DNA of 64,000 nucleotides, taken from positions 20,956,001-21,020,000 of the forward strand of contig OX597843.1 in NCBI GenBank assembly GCA_951406725.2, read 5' to 3'. This document shows positions 10,316-24,444 of the stretch, piece by piece. The DNA comes from Octopus vulgaris (Eukaryota). Position numbers and translations under genes: made by a program. The notes under the pieces are model-generated. The model did no database searches. It was given only the letters and a program-made list of their open reading frames with translations, and was not told the DNA's origin. How positions within the stretch are numbered: position 1 is the first letter of the stretch; each line of letters begins with the position of its first letter.

Positions 10316-11519
10316 AAAAAGTAATATGAGTAGCAAGAAAACAGAAAAGATGGACAAGCAAAACAATAACAAAAAAATTTGGGAATCAGGATAGAAACGA
10401 TAATAAAAATATATCAACATAAGTAAAATTATCAGACATACACACAGACACAAACGTACGAGGGACACACCAAACGTTGTTTTATGTTGTGGACGACTAG
10501 CTACATTAACATCCTTCCTAAAGAAATTGAAACGGCATATGCAGCCATCACACTGGACAGTTTGACCAAATTGCCCCAGCTGTAGCTCACTGTACAAATA
10601 GAAAATGACGACTACCAACTTCAGCAGGTCATGTAATTGTAGAGTTTAAAATAACTCATATTATTGAATCAGTATCTCAAAAGAGTGAGGATGAATATAT
10701 TTCTATACTTACTTTTCTTGAAGTGAGTATAACTCTGCATAAATATATATTTCATAATATACCCACCTATAGACACAAATGCAAACATAGATATTCACGT
10801 GCAATCGTATACTCATACACAAAATGTTAGACATTTATGCAGACACATAGAGACACAAACACTCATAGACACCTTCATACACACTCTAACATGAAAATAG
10901 TAGCAGAACATTAGTTAGAGATAGAGAGAGAAAAAGGAAGATGAGAAGACATTAAGTTACTAGAAAAATTTCGTAAATAAAATAATATCAAAAAACTTAA
11001 GCAACTTACATTTCAACTAAACTTTGAAGGTTTTGAAAGGCTCCTTGTGGGATGGCTGTGATTTCATTTTCACTGAGATATCTGAAAAGTAAAACACAGT
11101 TCAAAAGAAAGAGTATTAAAGAGTATTAAAAAGATTTCTTATAAAATATTGAATCTTGTATCTTTAGAATGACATTAATAAAAAGAGGACGGTGAAGGAG
11201 AAAATGGCCGAAATGATGTTGATGATGATGATGAGGGGAGGAGGATTGCGATGTTGATTGTAAATGTTGTAATAATGACGGGAGAAGGAAAAATGATGAT
11301 GATTATTATCGAAAACGATGACAAACCCTACCGATTAATTGGTGATGACGACGTTGATTATTACGATGTTCATAACGAAGGTGATGATGATTCTGCATGC
11401 TAGAAATAGCAGAGTAAATGAGGGAAGGAAATAGTTATGATGACATGATAAAATATAACGATTAGTGAATACGAAAATATGATTAGCAGAAGGACTATGA
11501 ATATGATAGCGCTGAAGAT

Positions 11520-11524
11520 GATAC

Positions 11525-11563
<39 letters not shown>

Positions 11564-11589
11564 CGATGATGATGATGATGATGATGATA

Positions 11590-11630
<41 letters not shown>

Positions 11631-11648
11631 AATGATGATGACGATGAC

Positions 11649-11681
<33 letters not shown>

Positions 11682-11995
11682 AATGTTGATGATGACGATG
11701 ATGATGATGATGATGATGATGAAGATGATGATGATGATGATGATGATGACGATGATGACGATGATGGTGCTGCTGATGATGATGATGACGATGATGACGA
11801 TGATGACCATAAATATGATGAAAGATGTGATAGAAAAAGAAATTGATAAGATTAACGAAGAAGGTGAAGGAAAAAAATCATAGAATTATAGATATAGAAA
11901 AAAGAAGAAGAAGAAGAAGAAGAAGAAGAAAGAAGAAGAAGAAGAAGAAGAAGAAGAAGAAGAAGAAGAAGAAGAAGAAGAAGAAGAAGAAGAAG
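11520..11995. repeat. (GAT)n array followed by a (GAA)n array
   Basis: Direct reading. Explains the poly-M and poly-I ORFs 11479..11883 and 11400..11810. Confidence 0.95.
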
Positions 11996-12222
11996 CAAAA
12001 ATGATTCGTGAAAAGAGGAGAAAGCAGATGAAAAACTTAAAAGCAGAAGAACCAGAAAATGATGAACAAGATGAATGTAGAGAAATATTGTGAAGAAGAC
12101 GATAAATGCAGGAAAAAAAGATATATTAGGACAAGAAAATAACGTGGAATATCAGAATGGGGAATCAAGTGGGATTAAAAGAATATAAATACAAATACTG
12201 TAGTCACACATCAAACAAACAC

Positions 12223-12905
<683 letters not shown>

Positions 12906-13172
12906 ATACACACATCCACCTATATATACCTTATCAAACCCTGATGTATGAACGCACACACTCACTTCCAGCCCTCACATATATTCCCACTTTCTTACAC
13001 ACAGGCAAACACAAATTGCAAGACAATATGAATTGTAGAAGGATGAGGGTAAATAAAGAAGATAAGAGAGACATTTAGTTTGTGGAAATGACATTGGATG
13101 ACATATCGTGATCTTATTATGAAGAAGATGACTAACATAAGAGAAAGTTGATGATGAAGAAGAAAACAACGA

Positions 13173-13200
13173 TGAAGCAGCAGCAGCAGCAGTAGTTGTG

Positions 13201-13234
<34 letters not shown>

Positions 13235-13320
13235 AAGAAGAAGAAGAAGAAGAAGAAGAAGTGGAAGAAGAAGAAGAAGAAGATGATGATGATGTTGATT
13301 ATGATGATAACGATGATGAG
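13173..13320. repeat. Compound microsatellite (CAG)n(TAG)n(GAA)n(GAT)n
   Basis: Direct reading of the sequence. Confidence 0.9.
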
Positions 13321-14019
13321 CAATAACAACAGTAACAACGTTAAAACAACAATAAGAGAAGTGACAGAAAATGTAGGAGCTGAAGTAAAGAATGATGTAA
13401 AAAATAAGGAGGAAACGAAGGAGTCTGTCATGAAGACAAATTAAATATAATATTTCTGATCTTATAATAATTCTCCTTGTCATTATGTTAATTAGTCCGT
13501 CGGTAACGCTTTCTCGTGATTAGAGAAAAAGAGGGAGAACGAAAAAGAGCGAGAGAGAAATGTCCATGACCTGAGGTAGAAGGAACGTGACTGTAATGCT
13601 TTCACGTGATTAGTTGAATGGAATGAGAGACCAAGAGAAAGAAAAAGGAATGAGAAAACGATAGTAAGTCGAAAAGTGGGGCAGAAAGAGAGGGAGAGGG
13701 AGAAAAGGGAGAGAGAAAAAACCGAGGGAGAAAAAGAGGGAGAGAACATTGTGGTAGGGGGAACGTAATATTTATTACGTGAAGAAAATGTTAGATGAAG
13801 GTGTGATATTGAGGAGGGTTACGAATATAATTTTAGCAGAGCGGTGATGTTCTGATGGTGAGATTAAAATAAGGTAGATAGGTAGATAAAGAGATAGGTA
13901 GATAAACTGAGAAAATGAGAGAAAGGGGGAGTGAGAGACGGTGGTATTGGTGGTAGTGGTAATTGTGAGTGCATAATGCAAAGTAACTTTTGAATTGAAC
14001 TAAGTATTTTATACCACCT

Positions 14020-17000
14020 TTCACTTAACACATGCTCATAAATGCAATTCTGCTAAATATTCACACTTATTTACAGTGTCATATGTACGACGCATATATA
14101 TATATATATATTACAATTAAGAAATATATACACTATAATTAAAATATATATATTTCAATTAAAATAAAGGTGGACACAGTAAATTCCATCTCTACAAGAC
14201 CCCGATTAATGTTGTTACTGCTTCTCATACATGCCGCCGTTGGTAGTGCTTCCGCTATGGGGGAGATAGAAATTCGCAATTTAAGGTTATTTGATCCTTT
14301 TTCCAAAGCTGTGCTTATGAAATAAGCAAATTACAAAACTTGACTGAACAATGGATAGTTAAAGAAGATTAGAAGCTACTCGCGAGAGGGTTAGGCACTA
14401 CAGGCAGCGGATAAGAGAAGAATAGCGGTAAGAAACCAGAGAAAGGGACAAATGGTACCAACAGATGAGCCAATCTGCAATAGATGAACAGCAACAATTG
14501 TAATGAGAGAGAATGCGAGACCAAGGTAGAAGACAGGATGTGGAAGAACAAACACAGTACAAGGAATAACAAAGATTGATATTTCAGAGGAGAATGGAAA
14601 TCATGAATGATATGCAGCGTGCGCAGTATCAGGACCAACAGAAAAATGTTATGTAATAGAGAAGGGAGAATATGGATGATTTGGAAAGGGCTGCTTGTCT
14701 CCAAGATCAAACAGAGAGACATAAAGATGGAGTTGCATGTATGAATGCTGAACAGGCGTTACGTTTGTGAGATGAACAGGGGCAACGAAAGCGTGAAGGA
14801 AGACATGAACTACCACTGAACAGACAATAATCCTAAACGAACCTATCGTATTGGTGATATGTACTTATATTGCGAGTATTGTGGAGCACTGAACTTTAAA
14901 TATGAAAACGTCATTGTTCTGTCACAATAATAAAGTGAATTTTTCTCCACTGCAACTAAACTTTCAGACATTGAAGCGTTTGTCTGAGAAAATTACCAAG
15001 AGTCTGCTTCATTTCGAAAAAAACATCAGCAATTACAACTGCATATCTTCCTTTACGTCATTTGGTGTGAAACTCTCTGTGCCGCAAGGAAGAGGTCTAC
15101 ATTGTTTCTGTATTGTTGTGGAAGGATTCCGACCACCTTCCAATTGACTAGAAGGGTACTGACATATTCCTATTAAATAGACAACTGTCGAGTCTTCAGC
15201 AATTAATTGGTAAATAGTTCACTGTGAGCCATTGACAGAGAGCGTTGGGTAATCGTGTCGCATCGTGTAAACACTTTCTTTCCCCCTGATTACTAAAATC
15301 ATATGTTCCAAACCAGGGTATAAAAGTGGCGAAGAGTTCTTCGAAGTTTGCGTTGGATGTTTAAATTTGTTTGGGATGGGTATGAAACCAAAGAAAAATC
15401 GTTTAAGATAGAAGGCTTATTGGCGTCTGTGGTGCAGTTGCAACAGCAACAATAGTAACAACAACAAGAGGAACTACAACAGCAACAACAACAAAACCAA
15501 GAGTTGCTGGAATTAATGTTAAAGAAGTCTAAAAAATACTTCAAGTGTGAACTTGCCAGACAGCGTAGCAATCTCTATTGAAGTATTCAGTTATAATCCA
15601 GAAGATGGGATTACCTTCTCTGCATAATTTTGAAGATACGAAGAAATTCTCTAAGAAGAATTTAAAAATTGATCTGTGAGGAAAAATAGTACGACTACTT
15701 TGTAAGACAGGTATCCCTTTGCCAAATACAAAAAAAATATAGTAATTATATTCTGCCGAAGAAGTCAGGTGAGATTTGTTTCAATAAAAACTATTAATAT
15801 TTTATCAAATGATTTAGAACTGGATAAAAATTAACTCTACAGACAGAAGCAGAAAAATGCCAGGGGACTCGACGCAGAAAAAAATGAAGAAAAAGATTGC
15901 TCTCATATTCCAGTGTCTCCACCGTAACGGATAAGAAATAAGACAAAAAATGTCAAGAAGGAGTCCATGTTGTGGTCTACATTTTAAAAGTAACTGCCCG
16001 TTTAAAATCCAAAATACGAAATTTTATCTAAACGTTTCAGTGAAAGAAGTTCTCTGCTAAATACTTTGAGGACAGTTTTTATATTTTGTCCATAAACATG
16101 AAGATTTCGTCACCTGTGCCGAGGCTGTTAACGGAAAGTGTAAATAATTCAAATTATATGAATTAAGATGATGTTCAATTTTATATTTTTGGTTTAAGGC
16201 CTAACTGCAAGCAAAGATGGAGATATATGTTCACGGATGTCAACAAAATTAGAACTGGACAAAAAGTAACTCTACAGACAGAAGCAGAAGAATGTCAGGA
16301 AAGACGACGCAGAAAAAAATGAAGAAAGCGACGCCCAAAACGAAATTGAAGAAAAAGATTGCTCTCATATTCCAGTGTCTCCACTGTAACGGATAAGAAA
16401 TAAGAGAAAAAATGTCAAGATCGAATCAATCTTATGGGTGCGGTGGTCAACATTTTAAAAGTAATTGCCCGTTTAAAAATATAAAAGGAGTCAAATGTGG
16501 CAAGAGAGATCATAAACAATCACACTGTAGAACAAACCTGGAAAACATTTCAACAGAAAGAAAACACGAAAACAGGTTATCGGTGACCAAAAAACGAACA
16601 GCCTCAAAGGAAATTTGTGGACGTAAAGTTGCAACTAGATAAAGGCAGTTATATCTCGATAATTAACACAGATACATAGAAAAAAACAGAAGACCTAGAT
16701 TAAAAGACATTTCGAAAATTGTAGGTGGTGTTTCAGGAAAATAATTACATTTTAATGGTGTAATGATAAATCACGTCCCATTTCGTAGGAAAACCTTAAA
16801 AACCAAAGATATCACAAATTTATTCGGAACACTGAATAGAATTGTTTAACTTATGGGAACTCCCCATAAATCTTTTCAGTAAAAATGTGAATGATTTTCT
16901 TGCCAATACAAATGAATCGTCAGACGATTTGTAGAAATAATTTTAAAAGATTTTTCCTGAAGTTCTTTCTGATAAATTAGATCTCAGTATCACAACAAAA

Positions 17001-20000
17001 ACGAAGTTCCAAGTAAAAGTAAATGCCAAACCGGTATTTAAATATAAGCGATCTGTAACTTTTGCATCGTTGGAACAGATAAGCTTTTGCATCGTTAGAA
17101 ACAAATAAACAAAATCAGAGTGTATGCTGATTTTTTCCACTGGTTTAAATGAGTGTCTTAAAACTTTCCACGAGGTATTTTCTTAATTGGATGTCTCCGA
17201 CGCGTGCCTACATATTAGCGTAGACGATGAATGCTATAAATACCTAAAACTTAACGCATATATATATATATACAACAGGTTATTATATGCCTTTATGTCA
17301 CACCGGTGATTTTTCAACAGCTTATGGATGCAGTGTTAGCTGATAGTGAATTTGCATTTTCATATCTGGATGATATACTCATTAAATGCGAATCACGGGA
17401 TCACCATGTAGAGCAAGTAATATATATGTTCGAAAAAATTAGGGATTACATTGAAAAAGAAAGCGTGAATTTTTTTATTACCGAAAATAAAATTGAAAGA
17501 AATGGACGAGGACCAGATCCGTTGAAGGCAGACGCAATTAAATACATGACCCTCCGACAAATATGACGGCCTTACATGATTGCTTTGGAGACATGCAAAT
17601 TATGACCAAAATTATATTCTAAATATGCATAGGGTAAGCGTTACAGTAGATTATGTATTTAAAAAATGTCAATTGAAATTGCTCTGAAAAGTTTCAAACG
17701 GAATTCGACGAAATTTTAAAATATTAACATCTGATTTGTTGTTAGCACGCTTCGATTCTGTAGCGGAGAATGTTGTAACTTCAGATGCCTCTGAATACTG
17801 TATTGGCGCAGTAATGCTACATAAATAAAAAGATGGTAACATGAAGGCGGTGGTTCTTGATATCAGCAGAAAATATTACAGCCAAATCAAAAAAGAGGCT
17901 CTTCTAATTATCTTTGCAGTAAAAAATTGCATAGATTTTTACACGGCAGAAGTTTTTGAATACAGACAGATCATCGTCCGTTATTATCAGTATATGAGTA
18001 AAAGAAATAAATATCTAGCCGTACTGCTAATAGGCTGCAACGCTGGGGTACTGTATTATTAAACTATGAATTTAAGATAGAGTATATACCATCTAAATAA
18101 TTAGGACACGGTAATTGTTTATCAAGACCGATTTCAGAAAATGCTGAAGCATTTGAAGATACCGTGATTGCTACTTTGCGAGCGGAAAATGAAATTAAAA
18201 GCAAACTGTATAACTCCATGCGTGAACTGCTATTTACGTTACAAGACATAAAATTACAATTGGGAAAGATATATTCATTACAAAATGAAAGAAATGCAAA
18301 AGGGTAAAAGAGATAAAAGATATTCGAGCCTATCACAAGGTGTGACAATGTGCTGATGTATGCACAAAGAGTCGTAGTGCCAGCCACACTACAAAAGCAA
18401 TTACTAAAGGAATTTCATATTGAGTCAAAGGGATTTCGATAATGAAATCGTTAATGAGAAGTTAGGTATACTGGCCAACAACGGACTGTAACGTTGAAGA
18501 TATAGTGATAGTATGCAATACGCTGTTCTCTAGCTCCAAATACACCCTTCACGAAATGGCACCCGTGGCCAAAATCACTTAAGGTTTCATATCACTTCAT
18601 TGTGGGGGAGTGTTTTTCAACGTGGTCTGAAGTGCATTAATATAGAAAGCCGATATCTCTGGTTACAGTGATATTCGATCTTTGTCAGAAAGATCAGATC
18701 CATCTTTGATCAGCCGATACCGAGTGAAAATATAAAAAAAGGAACAATATTTCAAAATTCTTCAAGTTAGGTGACAATGTTTTTAAAGACCTATAGATAT
18801 AGTAAAGAAGGCGAGGAGGATGGTACAATTATTAAATGAATTGCAAGAATGATATTCCTGGTAAAAGGTAAAACAAATATCGAACATAAAAGACTTATTA
18901 ACCAACTTAAAACCTGATTCAAGGAAAAATCAGACAAAAGAAGTGAATTTCTCATGAAAAAATTGCACGACACGTTTGAGGTACCAACACAGAAACAATT
19001 TGTAATTACACGTTCTTGCACCAGAAAACGAAACGAATGGAAACACAAGAATTGAGCCCTAAGCATAAGAGATATTAAAACTCTGAGCGACTTTAATTCT
19101 CAAGTGGAGAATTTAGGGGAGACTAATTCTATAAAGGGGAGATGCTGTGGAAAGATTCTGACAACCTTCCAAGTGACTAAAAGTGGTCTGACACATTTCC
19201 ATTACATGGAGAACTGTCTAGTCGTAAGCAATTGATTGTGAACAATTGATTGGTAAGCATTTCCCTATGATCCGTTGGCAGAGAGCGTCGAGTCTCATGT
19301 AATAGTAATCGTATTGCGTCGTGTAAACAGCTTCGTTAAATTATATATCCAATACCAGGATATAGAACGTATTCAGGGCCAAACTTAGCACAACACTACG
19401 AACTGTCAATGGTCACCTGCAGTACAGTCAGTTGTATATTATTAATGCATCAAAGAGTGGAAGCAAGTCAGAACTCCCAAAGCTCTTCTCAAAGAATGGG
19501 TGTCATGTGCAACAAGTAAATCCTTAGGCTGAGTTATATGGGAACATGCACTTAATTGAACAACAAGAGATTGGAGGTACCAGGAGTGAAAATGTACAAT
19601 TACGAATGTGTGAAATACATTTCAAAAGAACGGGATATATAAGGCGCTACAATTATTCCCCTAGCAATGAAATAACTGCAAATTGAAAACCCTAATTGCC
19701 ATGAGAGAGAAAATAATCTGCAGCGAAATAAGACTTTTGAAAACCGATATATCATTGGATTTCTGAAGGATATGGTGGACAGTCATGTATTTGATGTAAG
19801 AGTTAACTCATGTCCGTGTCATTGAGTTTCAAAAGAGAGGACTTCCACACTGCCATATGCTCGTAGACAAAGTGAAGATCAGAGATGATATAGACAGAAT
19901 GGTACCAGCAGAAATTTCTGATTCAAATGATGACACCGTCTTACATGATTTAATTTTTAAAAATTCATGAGACTTAGACCTTGTGGTGTTGATAACCCCT

Positions 20001-21230
20001 CCTCGCAATACATGGGGAATGGTTCTTGCCAAACAAAGTTTCCCAGGAACAACAGAAATAAGACACTACTAAATATTAATGGATATCCAGAATACAGGAG
20101 GCACAATAAAGGGAACACATCACAAGTTGGATTCCATTCTGTTGACAACTGGTATGTTTACCTATTCTATGCTTACCTATTAAAGAAATTCCGAGCTCAT
20201 ATTAACGTTGAAGTTTGCTCATCTGTAAAAATGTCAAGTATATATGCAAGTATGTCTAAAACGGTCGTGATAGCGCTTCAGTTGAAGTAAGGAATGATGC
20301 AGTTGCAGAAGGTGGACAGACTCAGCAACCCCAAGGCTAAATCAGAAATTATTTTGCGTGTTGATATGTTTCACCTTCTGAAGCCATGTGGAGAATGCCT
20401 ACGTAGAAGCTGCATGACTCGTCCCACACTGTCTACAGTTTAGCAGTTCACTTTGAAGACCAGCGGAGACTGAGCTTTCACAGAGGTAGCACTTAGCAAC
20501 CTGCTCAAGAACAGAGAGATCGTGACAATACTCTCACTGCATGGTTCAAACTGAATGAGCACGATTAACGGAAGTACTTGTACCCTAACATTCCTATGCG
20601 TTATGTGTTTAATGAACGTCCAAAAACCATGAACACTCAGGAGAAAAATCAATACCATCGGCTGCAGAATGAACACAGTGAGTACTAAGGACGTAAAAAA
20701 ATTTCATTTACGATTGCTATTTCGGATGTTCCAGGTGCTAAGCGCTTTGAGAAGTGAGCAGTGTAGGAGGTGAAATTTATGCAACATTTAAAGATGCGTA
20801 CATATGAGTTGGTCTCCTCCAAAATGATGAGAGTTTGGAGCACACTATACTTGAAGCTACTGCGTATCGGATGCCATTTCAGTTGTGTATTACGTTTGCT
20901 GTCCTCTGCACCTATTCAAGTTCTTCCAATGTTCTTCGCCTGTGGAATACTGACAAGAATTCTATGATGGAAGATTATGCTCACCGAGGGCTGAATGCAG
21001 ACTCTACACTTCATAAATTCTGTGTTAATTGAAAATGGCATTAGCTGCATTAATATTAGCTTGCTTGAACCAATTGGAATGTAACGGGTTGAGCAGAAAG
21101 ATGACATGAAGCACCCACTCATTGCAACCCTTACCAACGAGAAGAAAGGGATCGCCGATGCAGTCATTAAAGACAGTTGGTAAGAAAAGGTTGAGGTGAG
21201 ATGCTGGAATCTTTCTATTTCTCTGCTGAT
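14020..21230 (+). mobile_element. Helitron RepHel remnant A (N-terminus, Zn finger, Rep), split by a Gypsy element
   Basis: IGDMYLYCEYCGAL (~14850), NISNYNCISSFTSFG, Rep motif 2 EFQKRGLPHCHML (~19824-19862), FRAHINVEVCSSVK and YVSPSEAMWR. It ends before the helicase. Confidence 0.88.
15114..19367 (+). mobile_element. Ty3/Gypsy LTR retrotransposon (Mag/Cer-like), degraded, with both LTRs
   Basis: 5' LTR 15114-~15325 and 3' LTR 19143-19367 (TGYTGTGGAARGATTC). PBS-like TGGCGAAGAG at 15327, PPT AAAGGGGAGA. Gag FSYNPEDGITF plus Zn knuckles (~16430-16530), RT YLDD (17306..17566), RNase H DASEYCIGAV. TSD TGTAT/CGTAT. Confidence 0.9.
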
Positions 21231-21489
21231 TTTCCCGGAGGCTGTAACTTCATAAATTCCAATTCAATCCGTACACTTCTGTAAATTTCTTATTTACTTT
21301 TGCAACGTTTTGTGTTTTGTGTTTGTTGTTGTTGAAGGAATTACTGATAAATGTAACTTCATAATTTACTGCCAGGAGTAACTTCAAACATTTCACTTAA
21401 ACCCGCGCACATAGTTAATTTCCCTAAAAATTTCTTATTTACCACATTTGTTTTCAAGTAACCCTCTGTTTTAAATTTCCGGTTTCATA

Positions 21490-23692
21490 GGATTATGCTT
21501 CGTCATTCATACGTACCATCCTTGCTACATTCACCCATCTTTCTTAAAACATTCGCTAGACAAAACTTGCCTCTCTGCTCTCACTTTTTTTTTCAAGTGA
21601 TACTTGAAGAGATGATACAAGAAGATGTTGAGAGATTGACCAGAGAGGAAAGTGTTTGTCTCCAATCCTTTCATACGCGTCCACCAGATACGTTATTTCG
21701 CCATATGATGAAAATAGCTCTTCCTTTCTGCTTGAAAGAATGAGGCGTGACAATATTGACGATAGACTCGGCTGTTTAACAAACTCGTCCCACACGTGAC
21801 AGAAGTTGTTCGACATAAGCCCACAGTTCGGAAATGTTTGGACACTGCACGAGTGCGTGCAGAACTGTTTCGTCATTCTGACCGCATCTCGGGCAGGTCG
21901 GCCCCGTGTTCCTCGAGCCGTGTCTGTAGAGCTTATCCTCCACTAATCCCCTATAGAATGCTTTGGTTGTGTTGATGTCACTCATGGTCGACCCGGGACG
22001 GCATAGTTGCTTGACAGCAATGGGACACTCGTGGTGCCATTCGCCCCTTCTCGGCCTCTTTTTGATCCACGGCTGCAGTTCGGTCATGGAGATGAGTTCA
22101 CACCTGCATTGCCAGTCCTCCCCTTTAACGAGTGTTGACAGCAAATGGATCGCCTGACCATCGGGACGCATCCTTTCCTCAAGACGCGAAAGAGAATGCG
22201 TTCTAGTTTGGTGCTGGTAGGGTCGGGACAAGGCACGACGGTCAGGCGGTAGTTGATGACGTACGCGATGTACGAGTTCGCCACCTCCGCCCGACATTTT
22301 AGGGACAGTTTCTCTCGGCCCATTGCCGGGCGAGAGTGGCCACCCTGCTCATTATCTCGTTCCACTTTTTCTCCATTTGGAGGTCTCGCCCAAACCAGAT
22401 CCCGAGAAACTCGACCGGACCGTCGGTCCAGCGTTCCACGACGGAGGCGCTGGTGGACTGCATGGGCTTGCTTCTCCAGGTGCCGAGTCGCAAGCCCACT
22501 GATTTATCCCGGTTGATTTTTGCTCCTGTCACCGCTACGTAGTATTTCAGTGTCTCGCCGACATGCTCGATGTGCTCGTGGCTAGACACTATGACGGTGT
22601 CGTCGTCCGCGTATGCCGACACGCTCGGTACGAATCCCAATTCTCGTGGGATGACCCTCATAGTTGGCAGCTTCCGTAATAATGGCTCGAGAGTCAATGC
22701 GTTCTGAAGCGACGAGAGGAGGCACCCCTGACGGACATAACGTGCAATATCTAAAGGTTTCTATAGAAGTCCATTTACACGAATTACTGTACGGATGCCT
22801 GTGTACAAAGCGGCTATCCAGCTGCGGAAGACGGGACCGAATCCAGCCGCTCTGAGGACAGCTTCCAAGTATCGATGGTCTACCCTATCGAAAGCTTTCG
22901 ATTGATCCAAATTGATCTGCGCTCCACCCGTGCCAGATTCCTTAACTACCCTGTCTATGATGTAGCGCATCAGGTGGCGGTCGTCATGGATGCTCCGGCC
23001 CGGCACGGCGCACGTTTACGCCTTGTCGACCAGTTTCTCGATGACAAGCGCCAACCTCTTGGCTAACACATTGGCCAAAATTTTCAAGTCTGCATTCAGC
23101 AGAGTAATGGGCCCAAAGTTATCTATAACATTCCCCTTGTTTAGATCTTTCTTCAGCAGTGTTACGGCTCCTCGGATCACAAAACCAGGAATGCTCCAGT
23201 TTTGCTGCCAGTTGCAGTACACCGCTGCCAAGACGTCTCCAAAATGTCTGGCATACAACTGTAAAGCTCGTGGTGTAGACAAACAAATCCCGTCGATTTG
23301 TCTCTCGAGCATTCTGCTATCGCGTCCTGTACTTCCGCCGCCCTGATGGCACCTTCGCAGCGCCCTGCCTCTCTTGTCGAGAATCGTGGTAGGCTGTGTA
23401 GGTAGGTACCGAAGTCCACCCTAAGTTCTTGCTCGCCACTAGTCCCAAACAGTCGGGCAAAATGCTGTTGGAAGGCCTCACACATTTTACTTGGCTCGAG
23501 CAATTCGCGCCCCTGTTCATGTACCAGAGACTGAATGGTGCCATTGTTGCCCTGTTGCGCCTCTGCCACCCGGGCTTCTCTCGCGGCTCTAACGCCTTCG
23601 ATCATTAGAGCACGCATCATAGATCTGACAACACACCCTTCGTGTTTGTCGTTGAAGTGTTGGTCGAGGGCCAACCTCGCCGCCAAAACGTC
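21490..23692 (-). mobile_element. Tx1/L1-clade LINE ORF2 remnant (RT plus C-terminal Zn finger), 5'-truncated
   Basis: PITLLNADLKILA, INLDQSKAFDRVDH, VSAYADD and CPRCGQNDETVLHALVQC across frameshifted ORFs. GC-rich relative to the flanks. Confidence 0.9.
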
Positions 23693-24187
23693 GGATAGAT
23701 AGATAGATAGATAATTTAGATAGAGCGAGAGAGACAGATAGAAACATACAAAGATACATAGATACATACTTATATATACATACATACTTAGATAAAAAGA
23801 ATAATTTTAAAAATCGGTATGCTAATCACGTAGCCATCTTCCGACATCAGGACACAAGCAAAGCTAAGTTCGCTGCCTATTCTTTATTAACATTTTGATA
23901 TCTTTGCAGCCCTTTAATTTAAGAGCTAAAAAGGATTACACTTTCACCTTTTCTACTTTTTCATTTTTAGATTTTTGTGTTTTCATTTTCTTTTTTTTTT
24001 AACTTTCTACATTTTCTATATGCTATATTCTCAGTTTTCTCAAGTTTCTTCTCTTATTCGTTTTTATTTAGTTCGTAATGATATGTTGTTTAGCCTGGTG
24101 TATTTGTTTGAGATATCCCCCAACATATGAAACTGAACTTAAAGTCAGGTACTGTGTCCATTAAATAAATAAATAGTATATATATAT

Positions 24188-24400
24188 TGTTGTTTGTTCA
24201 TTCTCGAGCCATGCCTGGCTCATAAGGGACGGGGCACTGGACCTCTGCCGGTGAGCTGCTAGAAGTAGGAGGAAAGAGTGAGAGAATGTGGTGGAGCTGA
24301 GGAGTTCCGCTCATAAACAAACATCGCATAATCTGAGATTCGAAACCGCGATCCCTCGAGCGCGAGTCTGCTGCTCTAACCACTAGAACTTCTGCCTCCA
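24188..24400 (-). mobile_element. tRNA-derived SINE (family 3), internally deleted
   Basis: Minus-strand head CTAGTGGTTAGAGCAGCAGACTCGCG...GGTTTCGAATC and a tail ending in AACAAACAAC. Confidence 0.7.
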
Positions 24401-24444
24401 TATATATATGCTCATGTGCCTCCATATATATATACATATATACA

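Noticed and set aside
11400-11883. Poly-Met and poly-Ile ORFs, and similar YI/CV/HT-repeat ORFs elsewhere
   Set aside because: They are translations of (GAT)n, (TA)n, (TG)n and (AAT)n microsatellites, and their lengths differ between the duplicate copies.
19143-19395. 3' LTR ending at ...CACAACA (19395)
   Set aside because: There is no TSD there. Ending at 19367 matches the 5' LTR end, yields the YGTAT TSD and restores the Helitron frame.
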